From: Paragordius varius
Taxonomy: Eukaryota > Animalia > Nematomorpha
Length of the DNA: 64,000 bases
Direction: 5' to 3'
Assembly (NCBI GenBank): GCA_964247055.1
Contig: OZ176050.1
Location: forward strand, 7,812,001-7,876,000
Position 1 is the stretch's first letter. The number at the start of each line of letters is the position of its first letter. Position numbers and translations under genes: made by a program. Below are positions 1 to 12,500 of this stretch, one piece after another. The notes beneath the pieces were generated by a model, which did no database searches, was not told the origin of the DNA, and saw only the letters and a list, made by a program, of their open reading frames with translations.

Positions 1-323
1 ACAATATTAATAAGTTTCTAACGCTCAATCTCGGCATTTATGCGTTAATTTAAAGAGAAATAGCCCGATATTTTTCATCAGGTTATTTTATTTTTGTGGA
101 CACTGTGATATGAGTTCGGTATTTTTAACCTATAATAATCTTTATATTTTAAATGGTAATGAAGTAATAATAAGTATTAATAAGGGTTTTTATTCACTTC
201 CCATAAATTATGTATTTGCAAATTAGTTTTTTGTAAAATTATAAAAAATTATCATAAATGTTCTGATTTTTTCCGTTATAATTATGATGTGTTTCACAAT
301 TTTTTTCGCATGGTTATTTTTAA

Positions 324-895
324 CACTTCGATTCAAATTGAGGTATCTAAATACCCCAGACTAAATTAAAATTAAAATTTTAAAAAAACTACTGAAGGAA
401 ACGGTCCCAATTTAAATTTATGCTTCTATCCTAATAAATATTATATAAATATGCCAAAATATCTTGATGAAATTTTGTTTTGAAAAAAAAAGTTCCATCT
501 CCAACTACTTCGACGCCATTTTTATTTTACAACAATTTTGCAATATCGTCTTCATATAATTTTAAGGGTAAAACTAAAGCTTATTTTTTTTATAAATTAC
601 ATTCAACATTGATAGAAACAGAAAAAGCGGTTTGTTTTGTATTATTTTTTAATTTTAAAATTTGACACATGTCACGTTGACTAAATTTTTACCTTAGCTA
701 AAAATAAGTATTATCAAGTATTTTTGAATAAAATTTTTTATGTATTTCGGTTTATTTATGTTATATAAGTGCAAAATTTTGCCATGGTTTCGATTGCTCC
801 CATACTTTTAAAATATTTGATTTTAAACAAGCCTGGGGTATCCAACTACCCCAAATCGAATCGAAGGACTAAAATGAGTGTCTTGTATCCAAGTG
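324..895 (+). mobile_element. piggyBac-like MITE (family A), ~572 bp
   Basis: TTAA (320-323) | CACTT ... AAGTG | TTAA (896-899). The subterminal inverted motif CGATTCAAATTGRGGTA follows the left terminus directly and lies ~25 nt inside the right terminus. Closely similar copies at 61036-61612 and 49777-50348. Confidence 0.85.
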
Positions 896-1181
896 TTAAT
901 CGTGTGCGCCCTTTATAAAATTTTTGCGTCTAAGAAAATTTATTTCCACTTTGTTAACACACATTATAATTGCACTTAACTATTAATCTAATATTTTTGC
1001 ATAAGTTAGTAATATTTTATGTCAATTGTTTAAATTTATAATAAATATTTTTTTGCCACAGCATATTTTTTTATTTAGTTTTTAATTTATAAATATTCTA
1101 CATTGTCATTCTTATTTGCCTTGCGCCATCCAATTAATTTTTTTGATTCCGGTAGTCAATTATAAAAACAACATATTGAAA

Positions 1182-2318
1182 ATGGTGTCAGAAAATAAAA
1201 ATTTTGATGATTCAGATCAACAATTAGAGGATTATGAATTGCCTCATCCGCAAGTTGTTGGATCGGAATTTGTTCGTCAATATTATACCACCTTAAGCAC
1301 TGCACCAAATATTTTACATAGGTATTTTATTCATATAATTTAAGATTTTATACCAATAAATCATCTTTTGTTCACGGTGGTTTGAACAACACTGACGAAG
1401 AAGCTGCTGTCATTGGACAAAAAGTTATTTTCATTATAAATTTTAGGCCATAAAAGAGAGGATTGAGTTGCTTAAATTTAAAGATTGCAGGACGAAAATT
1501 AGAAAGGTAGATAGTCATGCAACACTTGCTAACGGAATAGTTATACAGGTATCTTTGATTATAAAAATCAGGTGTCTGGCGAGTTATCCAATAATGGTAA
1601 ACCGATGAGAAGATTTATGCAAACATTTGTTTTAGGCTACCAAAAGCCCCGAAAATATTTTGTTATTAATGACATCTTTTGTTACCAAGACGAAGTATTT
1701 GACGATACTGAAAGTATATTTTAATATTTTCACATGATGATAAACTTGCCCTCACTGATTATGATGAGTTTTTTGTCTGATATATCATTTTGCTTACATT
1801 ACAATTTACACATTTTTGTTATGATATAATAGGTAAACTTAACACTATAGCAATTTCACAAGGCGAAAGCGATTATCAAATACCATCACCTAACCCTTTA
1901 AGCGAAAAAAATAATTCTAACGAAGTTTTTGCTAAATTGACCAAATCACAAGTCGATAACAATACTCTCACACATAATTTAATGAACGGACACGCCGCTC
2001 CAAACAACATTAGTAGCGATGGTAATTTTTAAATATTTTTGCTATTTATTTGCTTTGATGTATATTTTATGAAATATTTAATAAAAATGAGTTCCCTTTT
2101 TATTAAATACCAAATTTTTGATCATTTAACTGAATTTTCAATATTTGATCAATTAATGCGTTTGCTATAATCAATAGTGTCTATTTTAAATCCGCCATTT
2201 TTTTTAAGTTTTTTCTACTTGTATTAAGAGTAGCTGGTGTGAATAAAGATTCAAATTGTTATTATTGGTAGCTTATAGCCGATTATGGGTCGTTTTATCA
2301 GTTTTTGTGAATCTACAA

Positions 2319-2373
<55 letters not shown>

Positions 2374-5300
2374 AAGGACCCTTTGCGACTCTTTTAGCAT
2401 TCACAAGTTTTCTTTATATATAGCTTAATTTCTGCAAAATTCTATAATGGATTTTAGTTGTAATTTTATATGCAGTAATATCCTCACCCATTTTAAGCTT
2501 ACTCTTTTTTTTCATTTTTTTAATGGTTACTCAAATTAAATACCTTATTTATATGTGGTATAATATAAATGTTCTTTTGCCTTTACAATTCAATATAATT
2601 AAATATCTTAATTGGAAGTGAGTATTATTTTTTTTAATTATTGGGCAATTTATTTACTAAAGTTTTAACAACTCCAGGGTACTGTTTTCCAGTTTCTTAT
2701 TAGTCTGATCTATGCGCGCTATAATTTTAGGTTTCTACAATAAACCATTCCACCAAACGACATCTTCACAACAACAACAACAGCACCAGTATAAAAACGA
2801 TTCATTTTTCACTGACACGTTTCGTTCGACAGTCGCTAATGCCGTGAAGAGTAGAGAGATGAATGCTTACAATAGTGATGAAACAAACACAATTACAATA
2901 TCATCATCCATGCAACACGTGAATCAACCATCCCCATCGGCTAATAATCATACCGTACCACCAACTTTCAAGGATTCGGCCCTCGATTCCAATATCAGTC
3001 GCAATACAGCCTTTTTGACGGCGGCCCAAAAGTATTTATTACCAATTTTTAAGTGTTTACAATATGTTGTATTATTGATACTAATCAAGATTATTCTGAT
3101 GATAGCTACTTTATAGCGCATTTATCTCTTTTTTACAATTAGCTTTAGAGATACCAACGTGTCTCAACAAAGCAATAGTAAACCTTTAAGCCCATTGACA
3201 CAGTCATCATTGTCAAATCAATCCAGTTTTATGCCTTCATTTCTTAGTCAATCTCAACAATCTTCCTTCTTCGATACCAAGGGTATATACCTTATTTTTT
3301 TGGTTTAAAAAGATCTAAAATTCACGTTTATTGATTTTTACTTCATATATTTAGACTCCATATTAAATTACAAAAAACCCGTTGAAATCAATGTTTCCAA
3401 AGATAATTTAAGGTTAGTCGATGTTTGGGATAATGCAATGTACATTACGACAAGTAGCCAATCTATTATATCAAAGTCTAATAACTTGGATACAAATACA
3501 AATAGCTTCAAAACTTCGTTCACGACAAACAGCACAACCCCATCTTTTATATCAAATGAAGATACTCGCAAAGGTATTTTAAATAAAATATAAATCGCAT
3601 CATTCTTCTTTAAGCGACGGTGCACCAATTTAACCTACAAAAATTTATTATCTAAAAATGCATAATAATTATAAACATTCAAAAATTTTATGGTAAATCT
3701 TAATTATAATTTGTAACTGAGTCTCCTTAGTACTAACATAGATCTTTTTCTCTATTCCTAGTAAATTTTGCTTAATAATATTTTTTAGGAGGTCAGTACA
3801 TGAATAACAATTTTTCCACCAGTTTTCAATCATCCTCGTCCAATTTTACTATTCCATCCCAATCACAAGCAAAATTGTCTTCGATTCCATCTACAAATTC
3901 ACAATCTCTTTACAATAGCTCAGCACAAACCGAAAAAAACGAAGGTGATTTTAATTTGAATCTTATTGCCTATCTCTTTTTTTTTACATGTTGGAATAAT
4001 GTCATGTATTTTTAGTTTCTCTCATCAATTTATAAAGCAATTTTAGTATTTTATCAAAAATTATTTATGATAGGACCGTTGTCCACATCAGCTCCTAAAA
4101 CATATGCACAGTTATTGAATAAAGCTGCAAATAATTTCCAAAAACCTATTCCCACTTCAACATTTGATCATCCAATTATGACGAAGAATATTGGTAATAC
4201 AAGGGCACCTGAAAGCAAATCATCGTTGGACAACACCACTAAAAACACTAAAACCAATGAAGGTTTGTAAGATTTTGTTATGTATATATATATATTATAT
4301 ATATATAGCTGATGGGAATTTTTTTTCTATTTACTAATACAAAAGTATTAAATCACAAATTTGCCAAAATCCCAAATTTTTAATTATTTAATTAATGCAT
4401 TTTATGTATACTTATGCAGATTTTGTTAATCAAGACAAACCATTAACCAATCCTAATGTCGAAAGTAATTTTAATTTTAGTGAAATATAGTATATTTTTT
4501 AAATAACAGTGAAAAATTATTCTATATTTTGTTTTAAGGTGCCCAAAAAACAAATCAGTCTCGCTTATTTGATACGAATCGCATAGCAAACGCCAGGTAA
4601 CCATTTTTTTGTTATATTATGTTTTTCCATAATTTTATACGTAATATTATTTTAGTAATGCCAACATTAATAATCCATTGCACAAGCCATTTAATCAACA
4701 ATCAAGACAATTTCCTAATCAATCAATGAATTCTTTTTATAACGCACCAAATAATTTTAACAATAATAATAATTCGAGATTAAATACGAATGCCTCATTC
4801 AAAGACAGAAAGTCACCGCTTACATCTTCTGAAAGTATTTGACAATTTTTATTAGGATTGGTTTATTAATCTATTCTAAAATGAAACGTTCTAATTATCT
4901 TGGGATCATAAATACTCGACCATAACAATAACACATTAAAAAACCAATACGAAATAAACTTAGCTTTTTAAGATCATTAATAACAAATAATAAATTTTAT
5001 AATCTCTATTATTTTACATTAAATTAAGGTATTAATGCCATTATTTGTATTTACTTTATGTGAATATGTAGACACGCATGTTTTATTTTGAATGCGACCA
5101 CGGTCTTGAATGCATTTATAACCGGTTAGATCAAATCTAATTTATATATATAATGTATGTTGAAAGCTATATTGAAAAACCCTGCTATAAAAACACATAT
5201 ATATTCTTTGCCCTTTTAGATGGTGTAACTGGCAACGTTTCCAAAGAATCTCGAATAATAAATCATCCTTCAAATGCTGGTGCAAATACATCAAGGCTGC

Positions 5301-7138
5301 CCTTTACAGCAAATCACAATGGCAATAATGGTACTAATAGGCCACCTAATGTAAATCAACATACACAACAGACACAACATTTGAATCAAACATATGTCAA
5401 TAAAGGAGATCAACCCTCCTCTAATTTCTCTCAACACCATAACAATAATAATAATCATCCTAATGTTAATTCTACGCTTCAACAAGCACCTAGGCAGGTG
5501 GGGACAAATCATGAGAATGTTTCACCCGCAACTATGATAAACACGGCAGCTATCCCAGATAGTCATCAAATATTTGTGGGTAATTTGCCTCACACCATGA
5601 GTGAAGAGGAACTTAAAACATTTTTTACACGTAAGTTTGTTATACTATATATAGTATTTGTGTAATAGATTTGTAATAATTATTTTTATATAGTAGCGTG
5701 AAGGAAATTAAGAATATTTCGCATCATACATTAGTTTTTGTGGGCGGCTATCGTCTATATAGTTTTTTTGGCAACAAGCTTTGTTTTAATAAATAGCTTT
5801 GTATTTTTAAGGTATTTATAATATTTTTACATTATTATTTATCGTGTTTTCCCTACTTGCCTTATATATGTAAAAACCTTTTTTATGTTAGAATTTGGGG
5901 ACGTGCTTGATATAAAGATTAAATCTGGACCCAAAGATGGTGCCCGCAGAATGCCGGTAAATAAATCATAATACTTTTATTTTCGTTTTTACACGTTTTA
6001 TGCAAATTGCTTTTTATATTTAGAACTTCGGTTTTGTTATATTTGATGGACCAGAACCCGTAAAACTGCTTATTAGTCAGAAGGTATTTATATATGTTAA
6101 ATGATCTATTTTTAAAACATATCTGGAATATAATAGAATTATTTTATTGGATTTTTATATGAATTTTTAATTTTTTACAATAATATTTTAAACGATAACT
6201 CTTTATAATTAAAGATGGAATTAGTTTTATTATAAAATATTTACCGTTTGGGGATCATTTCATTAGCCAGCTCATTTTTTGTGATTATAAAAGAGTTAAT
6301 TTTTATTGGCTTTTCATGTTTATTTTAGCCCATTATATATAATGGCCATCGATTGAATGTTGAAGAGAAAAAGAATATGCGACCTGGTGGAGGAAATGGT
6401 CCCGCTCACTTTAAAGCAAGTGGTGGTAATGCATCCCCAAACATTGTTAGCCAAGCCAATTCTAATTTTGGAAATCGATTATACAATTCAAAGTTTATAA
6501 TTTACTTGTGCTAACTATGTTTAATTTAAGCAAATATCTATTTTATAATTTTTGTTAAAAAAAGTAAACCTGAAAATTTATCATTTTTTTTAAATTTTTA
6601 ATGATTGAATAAAATGATACAAGATTTAGCAAGGTTGTTAAAAGAAAATTTTTTAGTAGATTAACAATTGGTGGCCATTATTTATATAAAAACTATATAA
6701 TTTGCTTGCTTACTAAATAGCACCAATCGAACTCATCCAAATCCTCCTTTCAATAATTCATCCGGACCGAATCCGAATCAATATCATCAACAAACGCAAC
6801 ATCATTTATATGGGACTTCAAACGCTAATGTTGCGGGCGGAGGCTTTGGGAATCGGAACATTAACACAAACACCAACACTTCTGGTTCATACACTAATAA
6901 TAATAATGCTAATAGTAGACCGATGCAACAAAATCAATCGTCGTCCTATCATCATCATTCTTCGAATTCCAATTTTAACAATTCTAAACATCCGCAATTA
7001 GGTAGCTATTCTTCTGGGCCTATGATGAATAATCGATTTAATAATAACCAAAACCCCCATAATAATCAAAGTCAAGGTTCTCACCCTGGGCCCACATCTC
7101 GTCAAGGCCCACCAATCATAAATGCCGCCTCGAATTAG
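1182..7138 (+). CDS. G3BP: G3BP/Rasputin stress-granule protein (NTF2-like domain, long low-complexity linker, RRM, N/Q/G-rich tail); ~18 exons, about 1000 aa
   Basis: Spliced exons give [71 protein letters not shown] (NTF2-like) and [36 protein letters not shown] (RRM). ATG 1182, TAG 7136-7138. Middle exons were assigned by splice sites and frame only. Confidence 0.93.
1734..1780 (+). ncRNA. Intronic box C/D snoRNA, predicted guide for 18S rRNA 2'-O-methylation (human Gm601 / yeast Gm562 equivalent)
   Basis: ATGATGA (C, 1734-1740), guide TAAACTTGCCCTCA, CTGA (D', 1755-1758), ATGATGA (C', 1761-1767), CTGA (D, 1777-1780), on the sense strand in G3BP intron 4 (1714-1832). ACTTGCCCTC is complementary to the conserved 18S sequence GAGGGCAAGT. 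Confidence 0.8.
2320..2370. repeat. (TA)n microsatellite, ~25 units
   Basis: Perfect TA run in a G3BP intron. Further runs near 14161-14196, 15608-15638, 19567-19606, 36891-36918, 43347-43366 and 54463-54487. Confidence 0.95.
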
Positions 7139-8276
7139 TGATAAAATCTAATATAGTATTTCATTATCCCCTAGTTTTGTGTATTATTATATCTTATCAT
7201 TATTTTTTACTTACGCACCCTTATAACAAATATGTATGTAGGATTTTTGCAGTTGACTTTTACTGACATTTTTGCAATCTAAATTATACACTTATGTTAA
7301 ATATATACATAAAATATATTACGCTTATTTTATTTCATTCCTTTAATGTCTTTGTTTTCATCAGTATACAAAACATTCGAGTTTGCAGTGGCTTTTATTG
7401 GCAAAAATTAATTTTATATTTTTTGTTGTTTTTAGATTGCTGTACATTTTGTAAAAATTTAACTATACCAATCTATTCATTTTAGAGAATTTGAATTTAG
7501 CAATTGTCACCTCCACTCACACTTTTTAATATATATTTGCATTTTACGCTATTTTTATTGATTGAACCTATGTGTAATTATTGCAAATTTTACCAATAAA
7601 TGAATAAATTTTTAATATAATGACTATTCCAATAACAGATCTTTAGAATTTGTTTATTTTGGATTATCAATTATTTTTTTAGTGTTTTTTAAAGAATGAT
7701 AAATTATATTAATTTTTAGATGAATTTTAAAAATCTACCTTTTAATTAAATTCTGTAAACACCAAAACACATTGATCGACATATATTTTTTGTGTAAAGT
7801 ATGAGTGACAATACATTACTTTACTACAATAATAGAAGCGAAATATTTAAGCCAAAATTATTGTGTTCACTGTTTATGCTAAGTGTAATGAACAACTAAA
7901 AATGTAAATTTACTGATACTGTATAACCTGACCCCTAATTTATCCATCCTTAAAATGCACCATTTACACTTCGTGTCATTTAACACTTCAAATTGATCCT
8001 TCAACTTTTTTATTAACTTGTAATACTAGAACCGTATATCATTCATCTATTATTTTTAACGTATTTTCTTGATTTAACCCAAACTTTTAAATCAATATCG
8101 ACTTTTATCATTTAAAAACCTTATATCCTTATTAATATCATACGAAATATTTTAAGATATAAACATAATTGGAAATATATATTATATGGGGTTTTGATTA
8201 CAATTTTTCATGGAAAACATATATAAGTAATAATGTAAAAGTGGTTTTTAAATGGAATATATAAATTTTATATATA

Positions 8277-9152
8277 TCGTTTACAGTTCAAATTCATCCT
8301 TGAACAATTCGAATTTACCCTTGAACTCGAAACCCTAAAATAAATTTTGCTTTTTAAGATTAAAAATCACTTATATTTAATCATATTTTTTAAAAAATGA
8401 AATTTTGTGTAGAATTAAAAAAATACTGAAAAATAAAATTTATCACATAAAGCTATTTATTTCATATCAATAATGAGTTATGTTAGTTGGAAAACGCATA
8501 ATTTATTTTAGGGTAATGTGACCAGATAATTGAACCCTGGCGCAGTACAAAATTAAAACATATTTTGCCTATTTTACACCAGAATTTAGCTGCGGTTTAT
8601 TAGATGATATAGTTCTTTACTTTTATTAGCTTATTAGAAACAATTAAAAATATCCAACAAATGCGTTAAATTAACTGAACAAACATTTTTAAATTTAGAT
8701 CAATTTTTTGCTAAAATTGTTTTGTGTTCATTTTATTTTTTGAGACTTTGCGGAAGGCCTGAGGAGGGCTGTTAGCCCTAAATCTTACGGTAGAAATAAT
8801 AGTTCCGCCACTGCGCGATTGCCTTCATAAGCTGTTTACCGGTCCGAAACCCGATTCCATGTATAACTCAATCAGAAAATAAAATATTTACCAACTAAAA
8901 ATAGGCCAATCTTAATATTTGAAAAATGAACCTTTTATTTTTTTACAAATTATTATTTTAACAATGGTACTTTATAAAATTCTACATTAATTTTTTCACA
9001 TAAATAAAGGTAATTAATATATTTTCAAAATATTTTAAAAGCAGGACAAAAGTCAGGGCAGTACAGACGCAGTTTTTTCTCTCGAAAAACCAATATTGTA
9101 CTGCGAAAAACAGCCTATTTGGTCACATAGGGTGAATTTGAATTGTAAATGG
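8277..9152. mobile_element. Foldback MITE family B, interrupted copy
   Basis: Left end TCGTTTACAGTTCAAATTCATCCTTGAACAATTC and right end AGGGTGAATTTGAATTGTAAATGG match the termini of 28387-28736. The right arm is split by the insertion at 8517-9127. Confidence 0.75.
8517..9127. mobile_element. Unclassified TIR element (TGTGACCA...TGGTCACA), ~610 bp
   Basis: Imperfect ~38-bp inverted termini (TGTGACCA.ATA..CGCAGTACAA). The host sequence is duplicated on both sides (TAGGGTAA / TAGGGTGA). Confidence 0.65.
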
Positions 9153-9514
9153 TGTATATATAAAGTAATTTAAAAAATAAGATGCAAAATTAATGGAAAA
9201 GGTTTAAGCACCAACTTGAAGTGTTTAAGGACGAACTTAAAGTGTTCAATGACCACCATGAAGTGTTTAAGGAGACTATTAAAGTGGATATGGTATAAAT
9301 TCAAATGGTATGTATAGATAATATTTATTGGCGTGATAATAGAAAACAAATTTCAATTGTGCAATGAACAAAGGTTTACAAATTTTCCCTGAGGTACATT
9401 TATTGAAAGTTTGTGCATTATATTATCAATGTTTAAGGTTTTAATATTAACTTCAATAAATAGCATATTTTTATTCCATAATTTTGCATAGAAACGTGAG
9501 TTGGTAAATACAAT

Positions 9515-12500
9515 TTAATTTTGATATAAAATTTTATCTGTAGTATCCATTATGGATCTATTTAATAACGTGTGTTTACGTAAATGCGTTTTTATTATCT
9601 TGCACAACATGTCACGTTGAATTTTTTTGTTGGTTTCATTAGGGAATTCGCTGGTTTCTTGTTCCATTGTTTTTTCCATAATACTTCCAATGGATACAAT
9701 AACTCTGTTAAAATAAGATTCACATTCCAACTTAAGCTTCAACACAGTTTCCAAAATATTGAGCATAATTGCATGGGTAGAAGAACTGTGCACGGTATCA
9801 ATATTAACAGGATTATCATTATTTAATTTTTCGTGGGATTTTATATAGATGGAATCGATGTGGGTGTTTAACTGTTTTATCTGATTCAAAAAAATGTAAA
9901 TATTAACGTTTAAACCAAAAAAATATTATTAATGTTTCGTTTTTAACCGGAAATTATATGATTTTGGGTTCGCCAGCATGCAAACTTTTAATTTTTAGTC
10001 GCTTACCTGCTCAATTTATCAAATCATAAAGAAATGAAGAACATTAATTGTTACAGTGTGAGCCCCTATTTCACTGTTAGTCGTTAACATTTTATATGTA
10101 AACCTAATATATATTAAATTTGTAATAATTATAAATTATAGACCTGTTCATCCAAACCAGATGATAAAAGGTTGCAATTTAGGAGTTTGTTAAGATCTTT
10201 TAGATAATCTGAAATAAATAATGTGTAAAAACGTTTGAAACTATTATAAATAATGCGTAAATACGTAATGTTTATAAGAATAAAGAATTATTATACTTAT
10301 CAAATAATGTTGTAGATCTTTTATGGAAGAATCATTTAAATCCATATTCCACACATTCATTTCAAGATTGGCAAGGTTAGGAAGGGACGCCCGATAATCG
10401 TTTATTTTGTTGGAATTTGTTTCTAAGCATAGAAATGTTAAAGGTTTGACTATATTAAAAATATATGCATAAACCTTAAATAGGATATAAAAAATAAATG
10501 TTTTTAATTATTAACAATATATTTATCTATCAAATACAAATAAATTATATCCAAATTTGATAAAAGGTAAAATAATAAATAAAGCAATTTCTTCATAAAT
10601 TTACAAATTTGAACCATTATATGTTCTAACACACTAAGTGAAAAGCTAATAAATAAAAACTTATTTTGCTATTAAACCTTTTTTCCTTTCAGAAGTTTCA
10701 TGATTATTAATACTTTCGTTTAGGTTCAAATTTGATTTATATTTATTGGGGTTAAAACGGCTCAGGATCGGCTCCCTAGATTTTGGAAGCATGCTTTTAA
10801 CTTTTTGATTATCAAAAGAAGTTTTGCATAGCGTTTCGCCTCCAATGTTCGATGACAATGTAAGGCTACTTAATTGTGAGGTATCGTTTCGATCCATCAC
10901 ATTATTTGGTTTATTAGTTTTGGAAGTGGTGATTAATGTAGATTGGGATGCATTACAATGTTTATTGTTATCAAAATTGATTGTGCGATTATCAAAATCA
11001 ACCAGATGATGTTTTACGGATACACCTTTATTTGTTGCAGCTAATAAGTCTTTAAATGAAGGCGATCTTTTATACAAATTAAGTCGACCACATATGTTGG
11101 AAGAACTTCTATATTATTTAATAATGGTTATTTTAAGATTTATATTTTTAAAACTATGCATTCCATTGTATATCGTATATATATAACGTAATCACAAATG
11201 TAAAATTTTAGTCGATACAAAAATAAGTTAATTTGATAATAAGTTGTATCAATTAACGTTCCAAATGATCGGATTAAAACAGGTATGACAAAATATTAAT
11301 TGATATAAATATATTATTTTCATAAAATATCTACCCCAATTCACTTTCGTTTTGATACATGCTACGATGCAATGGGGGAAGAGTGCTCATACTTTTCCAT
11401 TTAGCAGGAGTTTCATAAGACCCATCATGATTATGAGGCATGTGATCTAAGCCCTTTAAATTCATATATTTTAGGGTGTAAATTAAATTTTTACCACAAA
11501 AAGAATTTATGAGTTAATTTGGCAGAGCTGACATTATAAAATTGTGGATACTGCCCGAATCCATTAAAAAGATTCTACAAGTTTTATTAATTAGTAAATT
11601 TAAAAAATAAGTATATTTATGATAACTGATAATACTGATTTATAAATTTTTAAACCTAATGTCATTATCATTCCGTTTAATAATTACCAATTACTTTATT
11701 AGATACATAATTAAGTCTAATCCATAATTAGAAAATAGAGAGACATGTAAACCAGGAGATTCCAACAATGGCTTCACGCGCCGCACTTCTGAAACAAAAA
11801 TCCAACGAACCGCATTCACAAAATATATAAACATCAACAAATATTTCATTAGATTTTATACATAAAACTATAAAAACTACTATTCATTATTTGGTGATTT
11901 TTGCCAAAACCCAGTAAAAATTTTCCGAAAAATTTGTTTAAAAAAATCAATTGCATTTATAATACTAAAAAATAATAGGCTGAAGAAACATTTTAAAGCC
12001 GCATGAGCCCGCGGGGTGCGCGTTGGACACTCCTTGGTTTAAATCATTCACTTTGCCATTTCAGCCTAATGAGATTAATAAACTTTTTTATATCATTTCT
12101 AGATCACATACTTTACGTCGATCCCGTTGTAACAATTCCTCATCCGGAGTCAGGGAGGACGAAAGAATTGATGATGAAGTTTCATCATCAAAAATGGCAG
12201 GGAGCGTTGCATTTAAATGACTATGAGAGTATTGCTGTTTGTTCGTTGTAATGATATTATTATTCATTGGAATCAATCCAAAATTTGATGGTCTGATATG
12301 ATTTAAATGCGGTGAATAGGTGGTTCCTTTGCTTTTACTGTTTATAATTCCATGATTTGGAGAATTTGATTCACTTTGTGCCTCTAACCCAGAGGAAGGC
12401 GAGTTTGAGTAATGTGATAGCGAACTTTCTCGCTTTGGTTCAGGGATGTAATTATCCGCGTGTGTTAAGGCATACAACGATTTGGATTGTAATTCTATTA

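Larger units (their letters stand above)
7921..9316. mobile_element. Old degenerate foldback/TIR element hosting two nested insertions
   Basis: 7950-8020 (CCATTTACACTTC..TTAACACTTCAAATTGATCCTT) is a degenerate inverted copy of the ~21-bp repeats at 9200-9310 (GAAGTGTTTAAGG..). Boundaries are approximate. Confidence 0.45.

Noticed and set aside
480-665. 61-aa ORF near the window start
   Set aside because: Lies wholly inside MITE family A; no recognisable protein similarity.
3368-3628. 86-aa minus-strand ORF suggesting a nested gene
   Set aside because: Antisense shadow of a plus-strand G3BP exon (about 3355-3572) that fits in frame between good splice sites.
5060-5210. Possible H/ACA snoRNA in a G3BP intron (AGATCA, ACA, short hairpins)
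   Set aside because: The second hairpin is unconvincing and no target could be identified by eye; would need snoReport or small-RNA data.
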